Below are positions 22,482-33,234 of a stretch of DNA of 64,000 nucleotides, piece by piece (the stretch's first letter is position 1; every line of letters begins with the position of its first letter). The translations under genes were made by a program, and so were the position numbers. Source of the stretch: Rhizaria sp. SCN 62-66 (Eukaryota); contig MEDY01000012.1 in assembly GCA_001724265.1 (NCBI GenBank), positions 124,001 to 188,000 of the forward strand, read 5' to 3'. Below the pieces are notes generated by a model. It saw only the letters and a program-made list of their open reading frames with translations, was not told the DNA's origin and made no database searches.

Positions 22482-23498
22482 TTACTCAAGCTTGCTCCCC
22501 GGGTTGATGCTGCTCGTGTTGCCGTCAACGGCCATGCATACACACGACTCAACCTGCGCAGTGCGGAACAGCTCGCCGCCGAGCGTCCGCACGCCCTTGT
22601 AGAACACTTCAGGGACCCGCGAGACGAGTGCGTTGGTCTAGCCGGCAACCGCGGACGTGAGGCAAGTGAGCAACTTATCGTCGGCCGCCTTGCGCAAAAC
22701 GCTGCACTTGGAGTAATCAACATCGTGCTGGTTGCAGCAAGCTGTGACAGAGGCTGGCAGAGCGTCGCGGATGAGGCCCTCGAGCCCGGGGCCGAAGTAC
22801 GAGGGGCCACAGCCGTTGGTGGTTGGACGCGAATTGGGGCGAGCAACAAGGGAGCTGCCAGTGGCGCAGTAGGACTTGTCGTATACGCGGGGGTTGTGCT
22901 TCGCCTTGTTGACCGCATCGGGGGCATCGGCCTGAGTCTCAGTCACGGACTCGGAATACGAGTTAATGAGCGCATCAAGCTCTGCCTCCAGCTCAGTGTC
23001 AGCCTCAGTGTCAGCTTCAATATCGACATTGGACCCGGCCTCGACCTCAACATCAGCCTCAGCGGCGTCAGCATCAACGTCAGTATCATCGTCTTCGATG
23101 TCGATGTCGATGCTAGCATATACCTCACTGAGCGAAGCAATGGCCGTGTCCAGCTCAAGTTCACTCTCGTGGGCAATAGCGAACGACTGCTGCGAGTCGA
23201 GCGAGTCGAGCGTCGTCGCACTTGAGAACGGGACAACAGCAACAGCACAAGCGCCTATTGAGGTGTCAAATGAAGCAAATACCAAAATGAAAACATGATG
23301 GATTCAGAGTGTCATCGCGAGTGAGATCGATTGGCAGCCACAAATGATGTTGAAAGACGCGACTTCAAGGTTTGCAAGATCGCGAGCAAGTCGACGAGTT
23401 TTCAAGTGGGTATTTAACCATGTTATACCCCGTGACAAAGGTTAATCACACCACGTACATAAAAAAGCTGCCGTGATAAGCAGCTTGCAAAAACTCAT
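22482..23498 (-). CDS. Secreted group XII-like phospholipase A2, copy C (270 aa); in-frame TAG at 22638-22640 inside the catalytic domain
   Basis: Exons 23498-23459 and 23254-22482 (TAA). NGCG, CCNQHDVDY, CLTSAVAG[TAG]TNALVSRVPEVFYKGVRTLGGELFRTAQVESCVC. The post-TAG segment aligns without gaps to copies A, B and D. Confidence 0.82.
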
Positions 23499-24843
23499 TA
23501 ATGACTACAATGAAGTTATAGTGCGTGGGAGTGGGCGGAAGATGTGCAAGGAGACGATTCAGGACAGATGAGTTTCATTTGGAGGAAAGGACTGGATAGT
23601 CTACAAATCAGGGGTCGTTAGTTTCATTTTTTGAAACAATCCACATCAAAAGACAAAATAACACGGCCATACATACTTGCATTTCCAGACAGCCAGACTG
23701 TGTTGCTGAAAACTCAGACAAAGATAGTGTTCCTTGAGATTTCTGACCGACGGCCCCCCACTTCACGTCATATCACTAAAGCCTGCACAGCAAATCGTCT
23801 GACACACAATCCCAAGTCAACAGTCGCGCAGGTGAAGATCAAATTAGAACTAAAGCAACATAAAAGCAGGACGAAATAGTGGTGAATGTATTCCAGTCAA
23901 TATTGAAGGAGAATTGAGCCGCAGGTAAACCCGAATAGATGATGAAGAGCACATACGTGCATTAACAGGGGACAATGGAACAAATCATAGGTGAATGACT
24001 CAAAACGAAGAGAAATGTGTCGAAGAGGTCGTAGACAAAGCAGCGTTTGATGATATCTGTCGAGTCATAGTGAGTAATAAGATACAGCGTGGACTCACTG
24101 GTGAGTGGGAACATGCTTCTGAGAGTGGAGTTAGAGCCGGTGAAGATTAAGAGTGAGCAAATCAGTTGCGAGTGATGGCGGTCATGTTGGTATGCGAGCG
24201 AGCTCAGAGCATACAACGGTGAGCAAAACCGCGGACATCCACAGGGAGGGACAATGGGTGACTGCAACAAGAACAATTTCTGGTCGTGATTGTCATTGCC
24301 ATAATGGCTGTCGTCATATCATCGAATTACGACTGCAATGCTTGCGAAAGCTTCTACGTGAAGTAAGTGTTTTTGCAAATTCACACTGCATCTGTTTGCT
24401 GAGACATCTCTGAGTATCCAGCCACAAACGAGGCATACCAGAAAGGACAACATAACACATGAATACGAATAGACATTAAAAACCCACAGCACAAAGAAGA
24501 ACACTCACGAACGAGCAGTGTCAGGATGACGATAGAGGGGAAGACGGCAACCTAGCAGGCACCAAGAGGCTTTGATGATAAGAACGTGGGTCACACATGC
24601 GCGGGTTATGATGGGTTTAAAACAAATGAGAATCAGAGAGTAACTAAACAACAACAAAAAAAAAGGGGCCGATTGAAACAATCTCACAAAGCCCTGAAAG
24701 CAATATACGAAAATCGTGTAGCCAACGTGGTCGCAGACGTATGGGAAGTGTTACACGGGGATAAACATTACGTGCGTGACATCTGCAGGACACATGGGCG
24801 ACTCCACGAGTGTTGCTCGCTAGGCTCTCAAACCGCTAAGCAC

Positions 24844-26147
24844 TTACGCGAGTTTCACGGGGACCTTCACGTTCACCTTAGAAGCCTGAAGCGGAGACGA
24901 GGGGCTCGCGCACTGGCAGAAGTCGGTCTGCGCCTGGGTGTAGGCAGGGCCGCCGCCGACGCGTACCGCGGCGTAGAAGGTGCGGGGCACGGCCTGAAGG
25001 ATAATGGAGTCGACGGCGTTGGCGGCAGTGGTGAGGCAGTTGAGAAGACGGCTGTCCGCGGAGGCACGGTCGTAGCCGCACTTGGCGTAGTCGCGGTCAT
25101 GCGTGTTGCAGCACTCAGTGAACGACGCGGGGAGATTCTCAGTCATAGTCTTGGAGATGGAGGGCATCGAGTCGGCGCCGCAGCCGTTGACGGTCACGAC
25201 AGCGTCTGAAAAATAAGGCAAGAGCGAGCAACAGGTAATACGCAGGGAAAATACAGATGTGAGTGAGTATCGAGTGAAAAATATCAATCACGTCGAGCAT
25301 GCGTTCCACCCAAGTGCATAGACATTGTGAGTAAGTTTGTCTCAAATTCACAGCGTGCTGAACGTACTGGGACGCTTCTCAAGAATATAGCCAGTAGGGC
25401 AGAACGTCCGAGCGACGTCATTGAACTTGGCAGTCGGGATATTGGCAACCTGCGGGACATCGGCAGCCTGCGGGGCATTGGTAACCTGCCGGACATGCGG
25501 GGCATTGGCAACCTTCGGGGCCTTGGCAGCCTTCGGGGCGTTGGCAACCTTCGTGGCATTGGCAGCCTTCGGGGCATTGGCAGCCTTCGGTCCCTTGGTC
25601 GTCTTCGGGGCATTGGCAGCCTTCGGGCCCTTGGTCGTCTTCGCCGTAGAATCCTTCACCGGGTCACCCTCGTCCTCGAACTCGGCCTCGAGCTCCTCCT
25701 CAGCGTCAGCCTCGGCATCAACGTCAAGCTCAGTGTCAGCCTCGGCATCAACGTCAAGCTCAGCATCAAGCTCAGCATCAAGCTCAGCGTCTAGCTCGGC
25801 CTCGGCATCGAGGTCGACGAAGCTCTCGGCCGCAGCGTAGGCATCGGAGTCCTGGTAGCTGAGGACCTCGGCGGACACGTCAGAGGAGTAGGCGACCGCG
25901 GAGATGGCGAAGAGAGCGCAGGCAAACGCTGTATACAGGGGAAGCACAGAAGAGATAACATGTGTTGAAATATGAGTTTGTGAGTGAAGAGCGCATGCGC
26001 AAGCGGTGGCCAGCAGATGGGGCAGACGTTTTGCGACAGGAAAGATTTAAACTAGCGATCGGATTGCACGGGATAGAAGTCACGAATGAAGAAGTAAGTG
26101 TCCGTACCTGCGAACACCATGACGACGAACGACTTTGACATCCTCAT
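24844..26147 (-). CDS. Secreted group XII-like phospholipase A2, copy D (320 aa)
   Basis: Exons 26147-26108, 25928-25368, 25205-24844 (TAA). Signal peptide, DAEL repeats, PKAANA repeats, FCPTGY, NGCG, CCNTHDRDY, FYAAVRVGGGPAYTQAQTDFCQC. Confidence 0.88.
25441..25645 (-). repeat. 18-bp coding minisatellite encoding PKAANA/PKTTKG hexapeptides in PLA2 copy D
   Basis: About 11 degenerate copies of ggggcattggcagccttc-like units on the + strand. Confidence 0.9.
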
Positions 26148-26878
26148 CTTACACACTGCGGTGGTTCATGGTCCATGAGGCAAGCACAGAGAGAGGCGAA
26201 CCGGGAGGATGGGATCGGGGAGGGTCAAAATGCAAAAATCAAGGCACGGGTAGGACGGACAGGATAAGAGAATGCAAGCGGTATTAATGGAGACTAATAA
26301 AACGTGTCAGGCCACACACGTCCTTGTTGCAAGGATCCATGCAGTACCAGCGCGAGGGATGACGCAACTAAAAGGAGTAGGAGTGACCGTCGTTGACCGG
26401 GGCCTCGTGGCGCCACTAGGGGGAATGCCATGGGATCCAGAAACACGCTCAAGAAGTTTTGTTGGTAGAAATCGACGGCAAACAGCAAGAATTCACTGGA
26501 AAAATCGCCAACACGCTGCATGACGGGCTCTATGTACCATATCCAGGACTCATTAGAAAGTCGGCCCTGGGCTGGCTCAACCACCCATGGTAAGGGGCTG
26601 CTCACGGTCACTGGCCTGGTGAGCCCGAAAATTGACCAAATTACGGACATAATTCAGACAAGAAGCTCCAAGCAAAGAAAAATTGACACAACATTGAGTT
26701 AAAACAAATATGATTTGTATTTTTGTTCGACTGACTAACATTCACGCGCTGTTATTGAACTCTTTGGCCCGACTGAGCCACACATAGGCCACGAACATTA
26801 CATGTTACATGTACCGTACGTACGTACAAATGTATATTTCTGCTGTGAACTCGCCGGATGCGCTCACATCAGGTGAGT

Positions 26879-29179
26879 TCACAACATGTCGTTTTTGTCG
26901 TTAGTGAGCTGCGCCTGGTAGATGTAGAGCTTGTTGAGCCCCGCGACGGCGATGCAATCCAGCCGCGGGTGCCACGACAGGTGCAGCGACTTCTTCGCGA
27001 AGTCGATGCTGCTGATGTCGGGCGACTCCGACCGCCGGTCGCGCGCCGCGACGCCCTTGCGCAGCGTGCCGCCGGGCACGGCGGGCTTGGCTGGCTTGGC
27101 CTTGCGCCGCACCTGTTGCTGTTGCATCGCCTCGACGTTGACCGTGTTGCCGGTGACGAAGTTGTGGACAACGAAGCCGTTGCAGTAGGTGCCCGACGCG
27201 GCCTGCAGCCCGTCACACGAGGCCGCGATGGAGAACTTGTCGAAGATACAGTCGTTCTCGTACAGGTCGCAGAGCAGCGTGCGGAAGTGCTCGTGCACCG
27301 GCACGGACGACACTGGCCGCGCCTCCATGCGCAGGTCCCAAAGCCGCATGTGTGTGTAGTCGCGCGAGAACACGTGGCGGCCGTCGGGGGAGAACTTGGC
27401 GTCGGCAACCGAGGACGTGATCTCACTGAAGAAGGTCTTCTGTGCGGGGTCGTCGTCGATCTCGAAGGTGCGCGCATGGTGATCACACAGCGCGGCGTCG
27501 CGCAGGTCGATAAGCCGCACCGCGCCGCGCGACGACGCGTAGAGCATCAGGTTGCACGCCGTGGGATGGAAGTCAACAGCTGTGATGACCTCTGTGATCT
27601 CCTCCATCGACGACGGCTTGATGTCGACGATGTTGTAGCACTCGAGCGACGAGTCGAGGTTCCACAGGTGCACGCGCACGTCGTCTGCAGACACAAACGT
27701 CTCGCCGTCGCTGCTCGCGGCGATCGAGTTGATGTAGTACGCGTGCGCGTTGGTAAACACGCGCTTGCGCGTCGCCGCCGTGACCGTTCGCGCCACCTCG
27801 CTCTGCGGCAGCACCAGCTCGCCGACGGTGCCGGGCGCCTTGAGCACGGTGTTGGCGACGCTGCCGCCGTAGACGCGCGAGTAGGCCGCCGAGGCGCGGG
27901 TCAGCTGACGCACCGGCTGGTCGCGCAGCTTCCACAGCTTGATCGTCTTGTCGTTGGTCGCCAGGATGAGCTGCGAGCCAGAACGCGAGGGTAGCCAGCG
28001 CAGCATGTTGATCTTCTCCTCGATTTCAGACGACTTGAGCGCGTCGAACTCGGGCTCGTGAGACTGGAACTCGCTGTAAAAGCGGAACTCGAGTCCCGTG
28101 GGCGGCAGCGACTGTGCCAGCCCCGACGCCAGCAGCGCCTGCGGGGCCAGCGCGGGGCCGCCGGACGCGGCCGCTGCGGCGGCGGCCGCGGCGGCGGCTG
28201 CGGCGCCGGGCGCGCCCGAGGCCGCGGCGTTGGCGCCGGCGCTGGGCGGCGGCGCGGAGGAGTAGTACTGGCTCATGCCGCGCATCACGCGCTGCGCCGA
28301 GTACGTCATCGACGTCGTCGTCGTCAGCCCGCTGCCTGGGGGCGCGCCGATGAGGCGGACTGCGCCCACGCGCGTCGACACGCCTGCGTTGTTCGCGCCG
28401 CCGCCGCCGCCGCCGCCGCCGTTGCCGCCGCAGCCGCCGGAGCCGCCGCCGGAGCTAGAGCTCGACTCGGGACCGTATCCGCCGCTGCCGCCCTTGCCGG
28501 CGCTGGGGGCGGAACCGGGCCCCACGTAGCCGGTGCCCGCAAAGCCGTGGAGGCGGATGTCGGTCAGAGCGGCCGCCTCGAGCGCGGCCAAGCTGTAGCT
28601 GTGGCTGCCGCCCGCGGCGCTGTCATGCTCGCCGTAGCCGCTGTCGTAGTAGCGGCCCGTGCGCGGGTCGACGTCGCCCGCCGCGCCCTCGGGGCCGAGC
28701 CCGGCCGAGGCCGGCTGCGGCGGCTCGGCAGCGCGGTGCGAGAGCGCCAGCGCGGCCACTGCGCGGGCGCCCTGGGCGAGCGCTGCCGTGGACGAGCCCA
28801 GCGCGTCGGCCGCCTCGAAAATGCAGATGCGGCCTGCGTTGTCGCCCACGGCGAGGAAGTTGCCGCTGCAGTCGAAGGCGACCGAGGTGACGAGGTCGTC
28901 CGAAGAGGAGTTATCGTCACCGAAGGCTTGTGTGTGGCGCCACTGGCGCGCGGGCGCGGGCGGCGCGTACGCCGACGAGCCCGGCTCGCCCAGCGCAGAG
29001 GAGGAGGTGAGCATAGTGCTGTTAATGCCTGCAGAGGTGGGTGTCGCAGTGGGGCGCTTCATCATCTGGATGGGCACGGCGGAGGAGGACAGCGACGCAG
29101 TGGGGGAACCGAGGCCGCCGACGCCGACGCCGCTGCCGCCGCCGCCGCCGGGAGCTGAGGACCCAGCGACGGAGTACAT
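26879..29179 (-). CDS. PPP2R2: Protein phosphatase 2A regulatory subunit B55 (WD40), 766 aa, single exon
   Basis: EFQSHEPEFDALKSSEIEEKIN, TNDKTIKLWK, NAHAYYINSI, SADDVRVHLWNL, IVDIKPSSMEEITEVIT, SRDYTHMRLWDL, LCDLYENDCIFDKF; ends TGA. Confidence 0.96.
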   Translation of the reverse strand: MYSVAGSSAPGGGGGSGVGVGGLGSPTASLSSSAVPIQMMKRPTATPTSAGINSTMLTSSSALGEPGSSAYAPPAPARQWRHTQAFGDDNSSSDDLVTSVAFDCSGNFLAVGDNAGRICIFEAADALGSSTAALAQGARAVAALALSHRAAEPPQPASAGLGPEGAAGDVDPRTGRYYDSGYGEHDSAAGGSHSYSLAALEAAALTDIRLHGFAGTGYVGPGSAPSAGKGGSGGYGPESSSSSGGGSGGCGGNGGGGGGGGANNAGVSTRVGAVRLIGAPPGSGLTTTTSMTYSAQRVMRGMSQYYSSAPPPSAGANAAASGAPGAAAAAAAAAAAAASGGPALAPQALLASGLAQSLPPTGLEFRFYSEFQSHEPEFDALKSSEIEEKINMLRWLPSRSGSQLILATNDKTIKLWKLRDQPVRQLTRASAAYSRVYGGSVANTVLKAPGTVGELVLPQSEVARTVTAATRKRVFTNAHAYYINSIAASSDGETFVSADDVRVHLWNLDSSLECYNIVDIKPSSMEEITEVITAVDFHPTACNLMLYASSRGAVRLIDLRDAALCDHHARTFEIDDDPAQKTFFSEITSSVADAKFSPDGRHVFSRDYTHMRLWDLRMEARPVSSVPVHEHFRTLLCDLYENDCIFDKFSIAASCDGLQAASGTYCNGFVVHNFVTGNTVNVEAMQQQQVRRKAKPAKPAVPGGTLRKGVAARDRRSESPDISSIDFAKKSLHLSWHPRLDCIAVAGLNKLYIYQAQLTNDKNDML

Positions 29180-30051
29180 GGGAAGCTCAAGGGTGGAAAA
29201 CGCCCCAGGGTGGGAACGAACGAGTGGGAAAAGAGGAACTGTTAACGCGAAGAGACGGGAGAAGCTTGCGCTTTGCTAACGACGAGTGGGGGACTGTACT
29301 GCCGCAAAGTGAGGGAGTAGGGGGAAAAGCGATTGGAGAGGGAAAGCAAGGCAGGATTGAAATTAAGCGAAGATATAGATACGTCAAGGGGAGATACATT
29401 ATGCACGCATAGTCAATGCGCTATTGGCGATTGAGGCAGGGTGACTAACGTCGACGTCGTCCCTCGTTGAGGAGCTTTGTAGTGCTTTGTAGCCAAGGCA
29501 CTTATCCCCTTTCAGAAGTCGACGAAAGCGTTGCCACAAGCGTATTTAGTCGTGCATCCAGATAGAACATGTAATATTTGAATCATAGTCCCACTCTTGA
29601 GTCACATGGAAGGACAGAAATAACACTAGCATTTGTTTTCTGAGGGGGTGGTATCTCGCGGCGGCGGTTCACCGCTCACTCTGGCGCGGTTCCCAAAAAT
29701 TTCGCGAGCCTCGTCGATCGACCGATCAACAAACCCACACGTTTTGAGGCATATCTGTGTTCGGTTCGTTCCCATCGTCATTTCCTACTGGCTTTTGATG
29801 TAGAAACTTTCCAACTCTTAAATCATTAACTCATTTTTTCTTTTTCGCTTATAGTCTCGCATTGTCCTTAGCCGAGTCCTCTATTCTCCTTTTCCCACAC
29901 TGCAGCAAATCTTGCTCAGCAAGCTCGCTCGCTGCACAGCTCCCCCACCTCTTTCGGTGAGAACCAGCGTTTATCACTGCGGGTGGTGCAGCATTTTAAC
30001 CAGTTTCTGTTGTCTACGCAGCGAGTTGACAACATCCCTCTCTGAGCAACA

Positions 30052-33000
30052 ATGCTGACGCGCTTTGTCAATCGGCTCTTCGGAGTCGTGCTTGCCATGC
30101 TCTGCATCTTAACCATCACAGACACGGCACATGGCAGTCCTTCTTTGGCGGACGAGGTCCCGGATATCTCCAATTTTTTGAACATCTACCTCATCCCACC
30201 CACTTCCCCGCATCAGTTCACCGTCGCGACCAACTCTCCCGTCGTCTATAACGTCTCCTTACACGACTCCTACGTGCCCCTGCTCGTTAATGGGACCGCA
30301 GATGCAGCCTGCCTCAAGCCCGTCGTCAACAAGCTCTCCAACGCCCGTGAGCTTGCGCTGCCCGACTCCGCGACGACTGCGACGCTGCTGGTGACCGTGA
30401 GCGAGGCCTTCCCCTGGATGACTGCAAACATCAAGCGTGTCGAGGTCGCCATCAAGGCGGCCGGCTTCGTTCCCTCGGCGGAGCTGATGGACGCTCGCGT
30501 GGGGCGCGTGGCCGTGAACTCGCTGCTGCCGACCGCACACTCGCTCGTTGACTCCACCGAAGGGCTTCTAGTGACTGTGCTTTATGGCAGCAACCTCGCC
30601 TCTGACTCTATCACTCACTCTATGAATTACCACGCGAACGATGATGACGACGACAGCTTGCTCGTCTTTGCCGCGACGACTCTGCACGCCCGCATCTACT
30701 CCCCATTTGGCTTGCCCCTTGCTAAGGACTTGGTCCTGTCGCTCTTCATACCCAAGCTCGCCTCGGCCGCGCCGGCCTCCGCGATGCCGGCGCCGCTGTC
30801 GGGCTTCGCGGTGACCTTCTCGCCCTCGCCCGTACTCGCGGACGACTTTAACGTCATCGACGCCTACAACGCGGGCGACACCGACATCAGCAAGGACGAC
30901 ACGGGCAGCGCGGCGCAGAAGCTGCTCAAGTTCCTCGTCACCAACGGCGTGGCTGCAGCGAGCTTCGAGCCTGCGCTGACCATCACGACGAGCCTCACGA
31001 CGAGTCCAGTGCTTTCTGCGATTGCCAATGACGCGAGCGCCGCTGATCTCGTTCCCTCGCCGATGAACGACGCGTCGAGCATGATCAACACGATGCCAGT
31101 CGCGCGAACTAGCCGCGTCGGCACGAAGGAGCGGTTCCAGCTGCAGGTCAAGCAACAGAACCAGCAGCTTACCACTGCCGACACTGATTCTGACCTGAGC
31201 AGTAGTAATGAATCGGTCGAGGTGCATATTGACGTGCGTGTGCCTTATTACATGAATGAGCCCATCGTCACATTCACACACACGGATAACTTAAACAACG
31301 ATAATGGTGTGAATCTCGTCACTCGTTCTACGATTGCTGGCAGCGAGAGTCGGGGCGATCGCCACTACACCGCCACCGTGACCGTGAGCCGCGGACCAAC
31401 CGTGGGCACCCCTGTCGCGGACTTGCCCGGCGTCCTGACGCTCGACATCTGCGGCAACGGCTTCGTCACCGCGCCTGGCTACACCTACAGCAACACGGAC
31501 GAGTCCGACTCTGATTCGCGCGAGATCGTCTTCGCGCCCGTGACGCTCACGCTCACGCCCATGACGCCGTCCCCCGCATCCGCGTACCGGCCTGCCACGG
31601 TGACCTACGTCAAGGCGTGCGACCGGCAGGCCGCCATGTCCCCTGCGCTCGTCGCCGCCGTCGTCGTCGCTATCATCGTGCTGGTCCTGGCCGTCGCCGC
31701 GGCCGTGTGGCACTTCTTCCGCGTCATTCACCGCGGCCGCACCTTCCCGGGCGCCGAGGGAGACCTGGAGGCCGAGGCCGAGTGGGACCGCGCCCGGCTC
31801 CGCGCGCAGCACCGCCGCGGGCTGGCGCACGGCGACGACGACGCGCTCGCCACGCGGTCCGCGCTCGCGCTCAACGACAGCGCTGCCAGCAGCGACCGCG
31901 CGAGCCAGAGCTACGCGCAGCGCATGCCGTTTCTCTCGCTTATCTGCCCCTGTCTGGGCGGGATCTTTGCCACCGTCAACAGCGCCGGTGCCGGTGAGAA
32001 GAAGAGGAAGAACAGGCGCGTCGCCGGCGTTGCGAGCTGCGGCAGCGGCGAGGGCGGCGTCACCGGCTACCTGAACAGCGACGACGACGAGGATGACGAG
32101 TACGACTACCACGAGAACGTGGTCATTGGCAACGACGACGACGACGAGGACATTGAAGAGGGGCTCGGCAATAGCTCCAGCTTCAGCAAGGGCTTTGCTG
32201 ACGGCACGCGTCTTACTGTGTTGCAGCACTCCACCAGTAGCAACAACAGCAACGACAACAGTGCCTCTGTTACCGTTGCTACTCCAAGCAGCGCCATTCC
32301 CATCAACATCCAGAGTAACAACAATCACGGTGATGAGAATAGTGCGTCTTCGAAGCCCCGCTCGACGTCTAAGGGCCGCTCCCTCTCTAAGGGCCGTTCC
32401 GCATCCAAGGGCCTGTTCATGCCCCCCGAGCCCGGGTCTGGGGTGACTGTGAGCACAAACCCGACGCGCACGGCGCGGTCGCCGATCGCGCAGATCGAGA
32501 ACATCGACGACCTCATTGCCGACGCCAAGGCCAAAGCCGCTGCGGAGGAGGCCGCGGCGAAGGCCAACGCATTCACAGCGAGCGACACCACTGCTGCGGC
32601 TGCGGCTGAGACCGTGGGTGCGGGCGCGACTTTGGGCGACGGTGCGAGCGCGAGCGCGAGCGCTGGTGCGGGTGAGGTAATCAGTGTTCGTGGTGGCGGC
32701 GCGCAACGCGCTCGCGGCTCCACAGTCGACGTGAACAATGGCGCTGCTGTGAGCAACACGGCCTCAGCTCACAACGGCGACATGCGTGTTCCCCTGGAGT
32801 CAGCGACTCTCGCCAGCAGTAGCAGCAGCATCAGTACTAGCAAGACCGCGACTGCGGGTGCGGGTGAGACTACCGACGGCGGCGATGACCCGCGCTCGGT
32901 CGTCGTCATCCGCGGCGGCCGCAAGAGCCGCTCCACCATCTCCGCCGCGCCGTCCTCTGGCGCGGCGACCGCGGGCGGTCACAGCGCGGGCAATGGTGCG

Positions 33001-33234
33001 GCGGTGAGCAGCCTGCACGCAGTGGCGTCGGGCAAGTACCAGTACGCGCACGCGACGACGGGCCGCGAGAGCGAGGTCGCCGCGATCCCAAACATCCCGC
33101 GCACGGACGCTGCACAGATGATGGCGCGCTTGCAAGGCAACCCCGAGGCAGCGGCGGCCGCGGCGGCAGCGGCGGCTAACGGCAAGGGGAAGAAGAACAA
33201 AGGAGGAAACGAGACGGAGCTCACACGTCGTTGA
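30052..33234 (+). CDS. Type I single-pass membrane protein of unknown function (1060 aa)
   Basis: N-terminal signal peptide, beta-rich ectodomain, TM helix ALVAAVVVAIIVLVLAVAAAVWHFF (about 31645-31720), low-complexity Ser/Ala/acidic tail; ends TGA. Confidence 0.8.
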   Translation: MLTRFVNRLFGVVLAMLCILTITDTAHGSPSLADEVPDISNFLNIYLIPPTSPHQFTVATNSPVVYNVSLHDSYVPLLVNGTADAACLKPVVNKLSNARELALPDSATTATLLVTVSEAFPWMTANIKRVEVAIKAAGFVPSAELMDARVGRVAVNSLLPTAHSLVDSTEGLLVTVLYGSNLASDSITHSMNYHANDDDDDSLLVFAATTLHARIYSPFGLPLAKDLVLSLFIPKLASAAPASAMPAPLSGFAVTFSPSPVLADDFNVIDAYNAGDTDISKDDTGSAAQKLLKFLVTNGVAAASFEPALTITTSLTTSPVLSAIANDASAADLVPSPMNDASSMINTMPVARTSRVGTKERFQLQVKQQNQQLTTADTDSDLSSSNESVEVHIDVRVPYYMNEPIVTFTHTDNLNNDNGVNLVTRSTIAGSESRGDRHYTATVTVSRGPTVGTPVADLPGVLTLDICGNGFVTAPGYTYSNTDESDSDSREIVFAPVTLTLTPMTPSPASAYRPATVTYVKACDRQAAMSPALVAAVVVAIIVLVLAVAAAVWHFFRVIHRGRTFPGAEGDLEAEAEWDRARLRAQHRRGLAHGDDDALATRSALALNDSAASSDRASQSYAQRMPFLSLICPCLGGIFATVNSAGAGEKKRKNRRVAGVASCGSGEGGVTGYLNSDDDEDDEYDYHENVVIGNDDDDEDIEEGLGNSSSFSKGFADGTRLTVLQHSTSSNNSNDNSASVTVATPSSAIPINIQSNNNHGDENSASSKPRSTSKGRSLSKGRSASKGLFMPPEPGSGVTVSTNPTRTARSPIAQIENIDDLIADAKAKAAAEEAAAKANAFTASDTTAAAAAETVGAGATLGDGASASASAGAGEVISVRGGGAQRARGSTVDVNNGAAVSNTASAHNGDMRVPLESATLASSSSSISTSKTATAGAGETTDGGDDPRSVVVIRGGRKSRSTISAAPSSGAATAGGHSAGNGAAVSSLHAVASGKYQYAHATTGRESEVAAIPNIPRTDAAQMMARLQGNPEAAAAAAAAAANGKGKKNKGGNETELTRR

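Noticed and set aside
9797-22640. Pyrrolysine or motif-programmed readthrough as the explanation for the TAGs
   Set aside because: Pyl is not known in eukaryotes, the sites are not catalytic, and the three 3' contexts share no motif. Low-level readthrough is not formally excluded.
25441-25645. CRISPR-like periodic repeat
   Set aside because: Head-to-tail 18-bp units without spacers, in frame within a eukaryotic exon.
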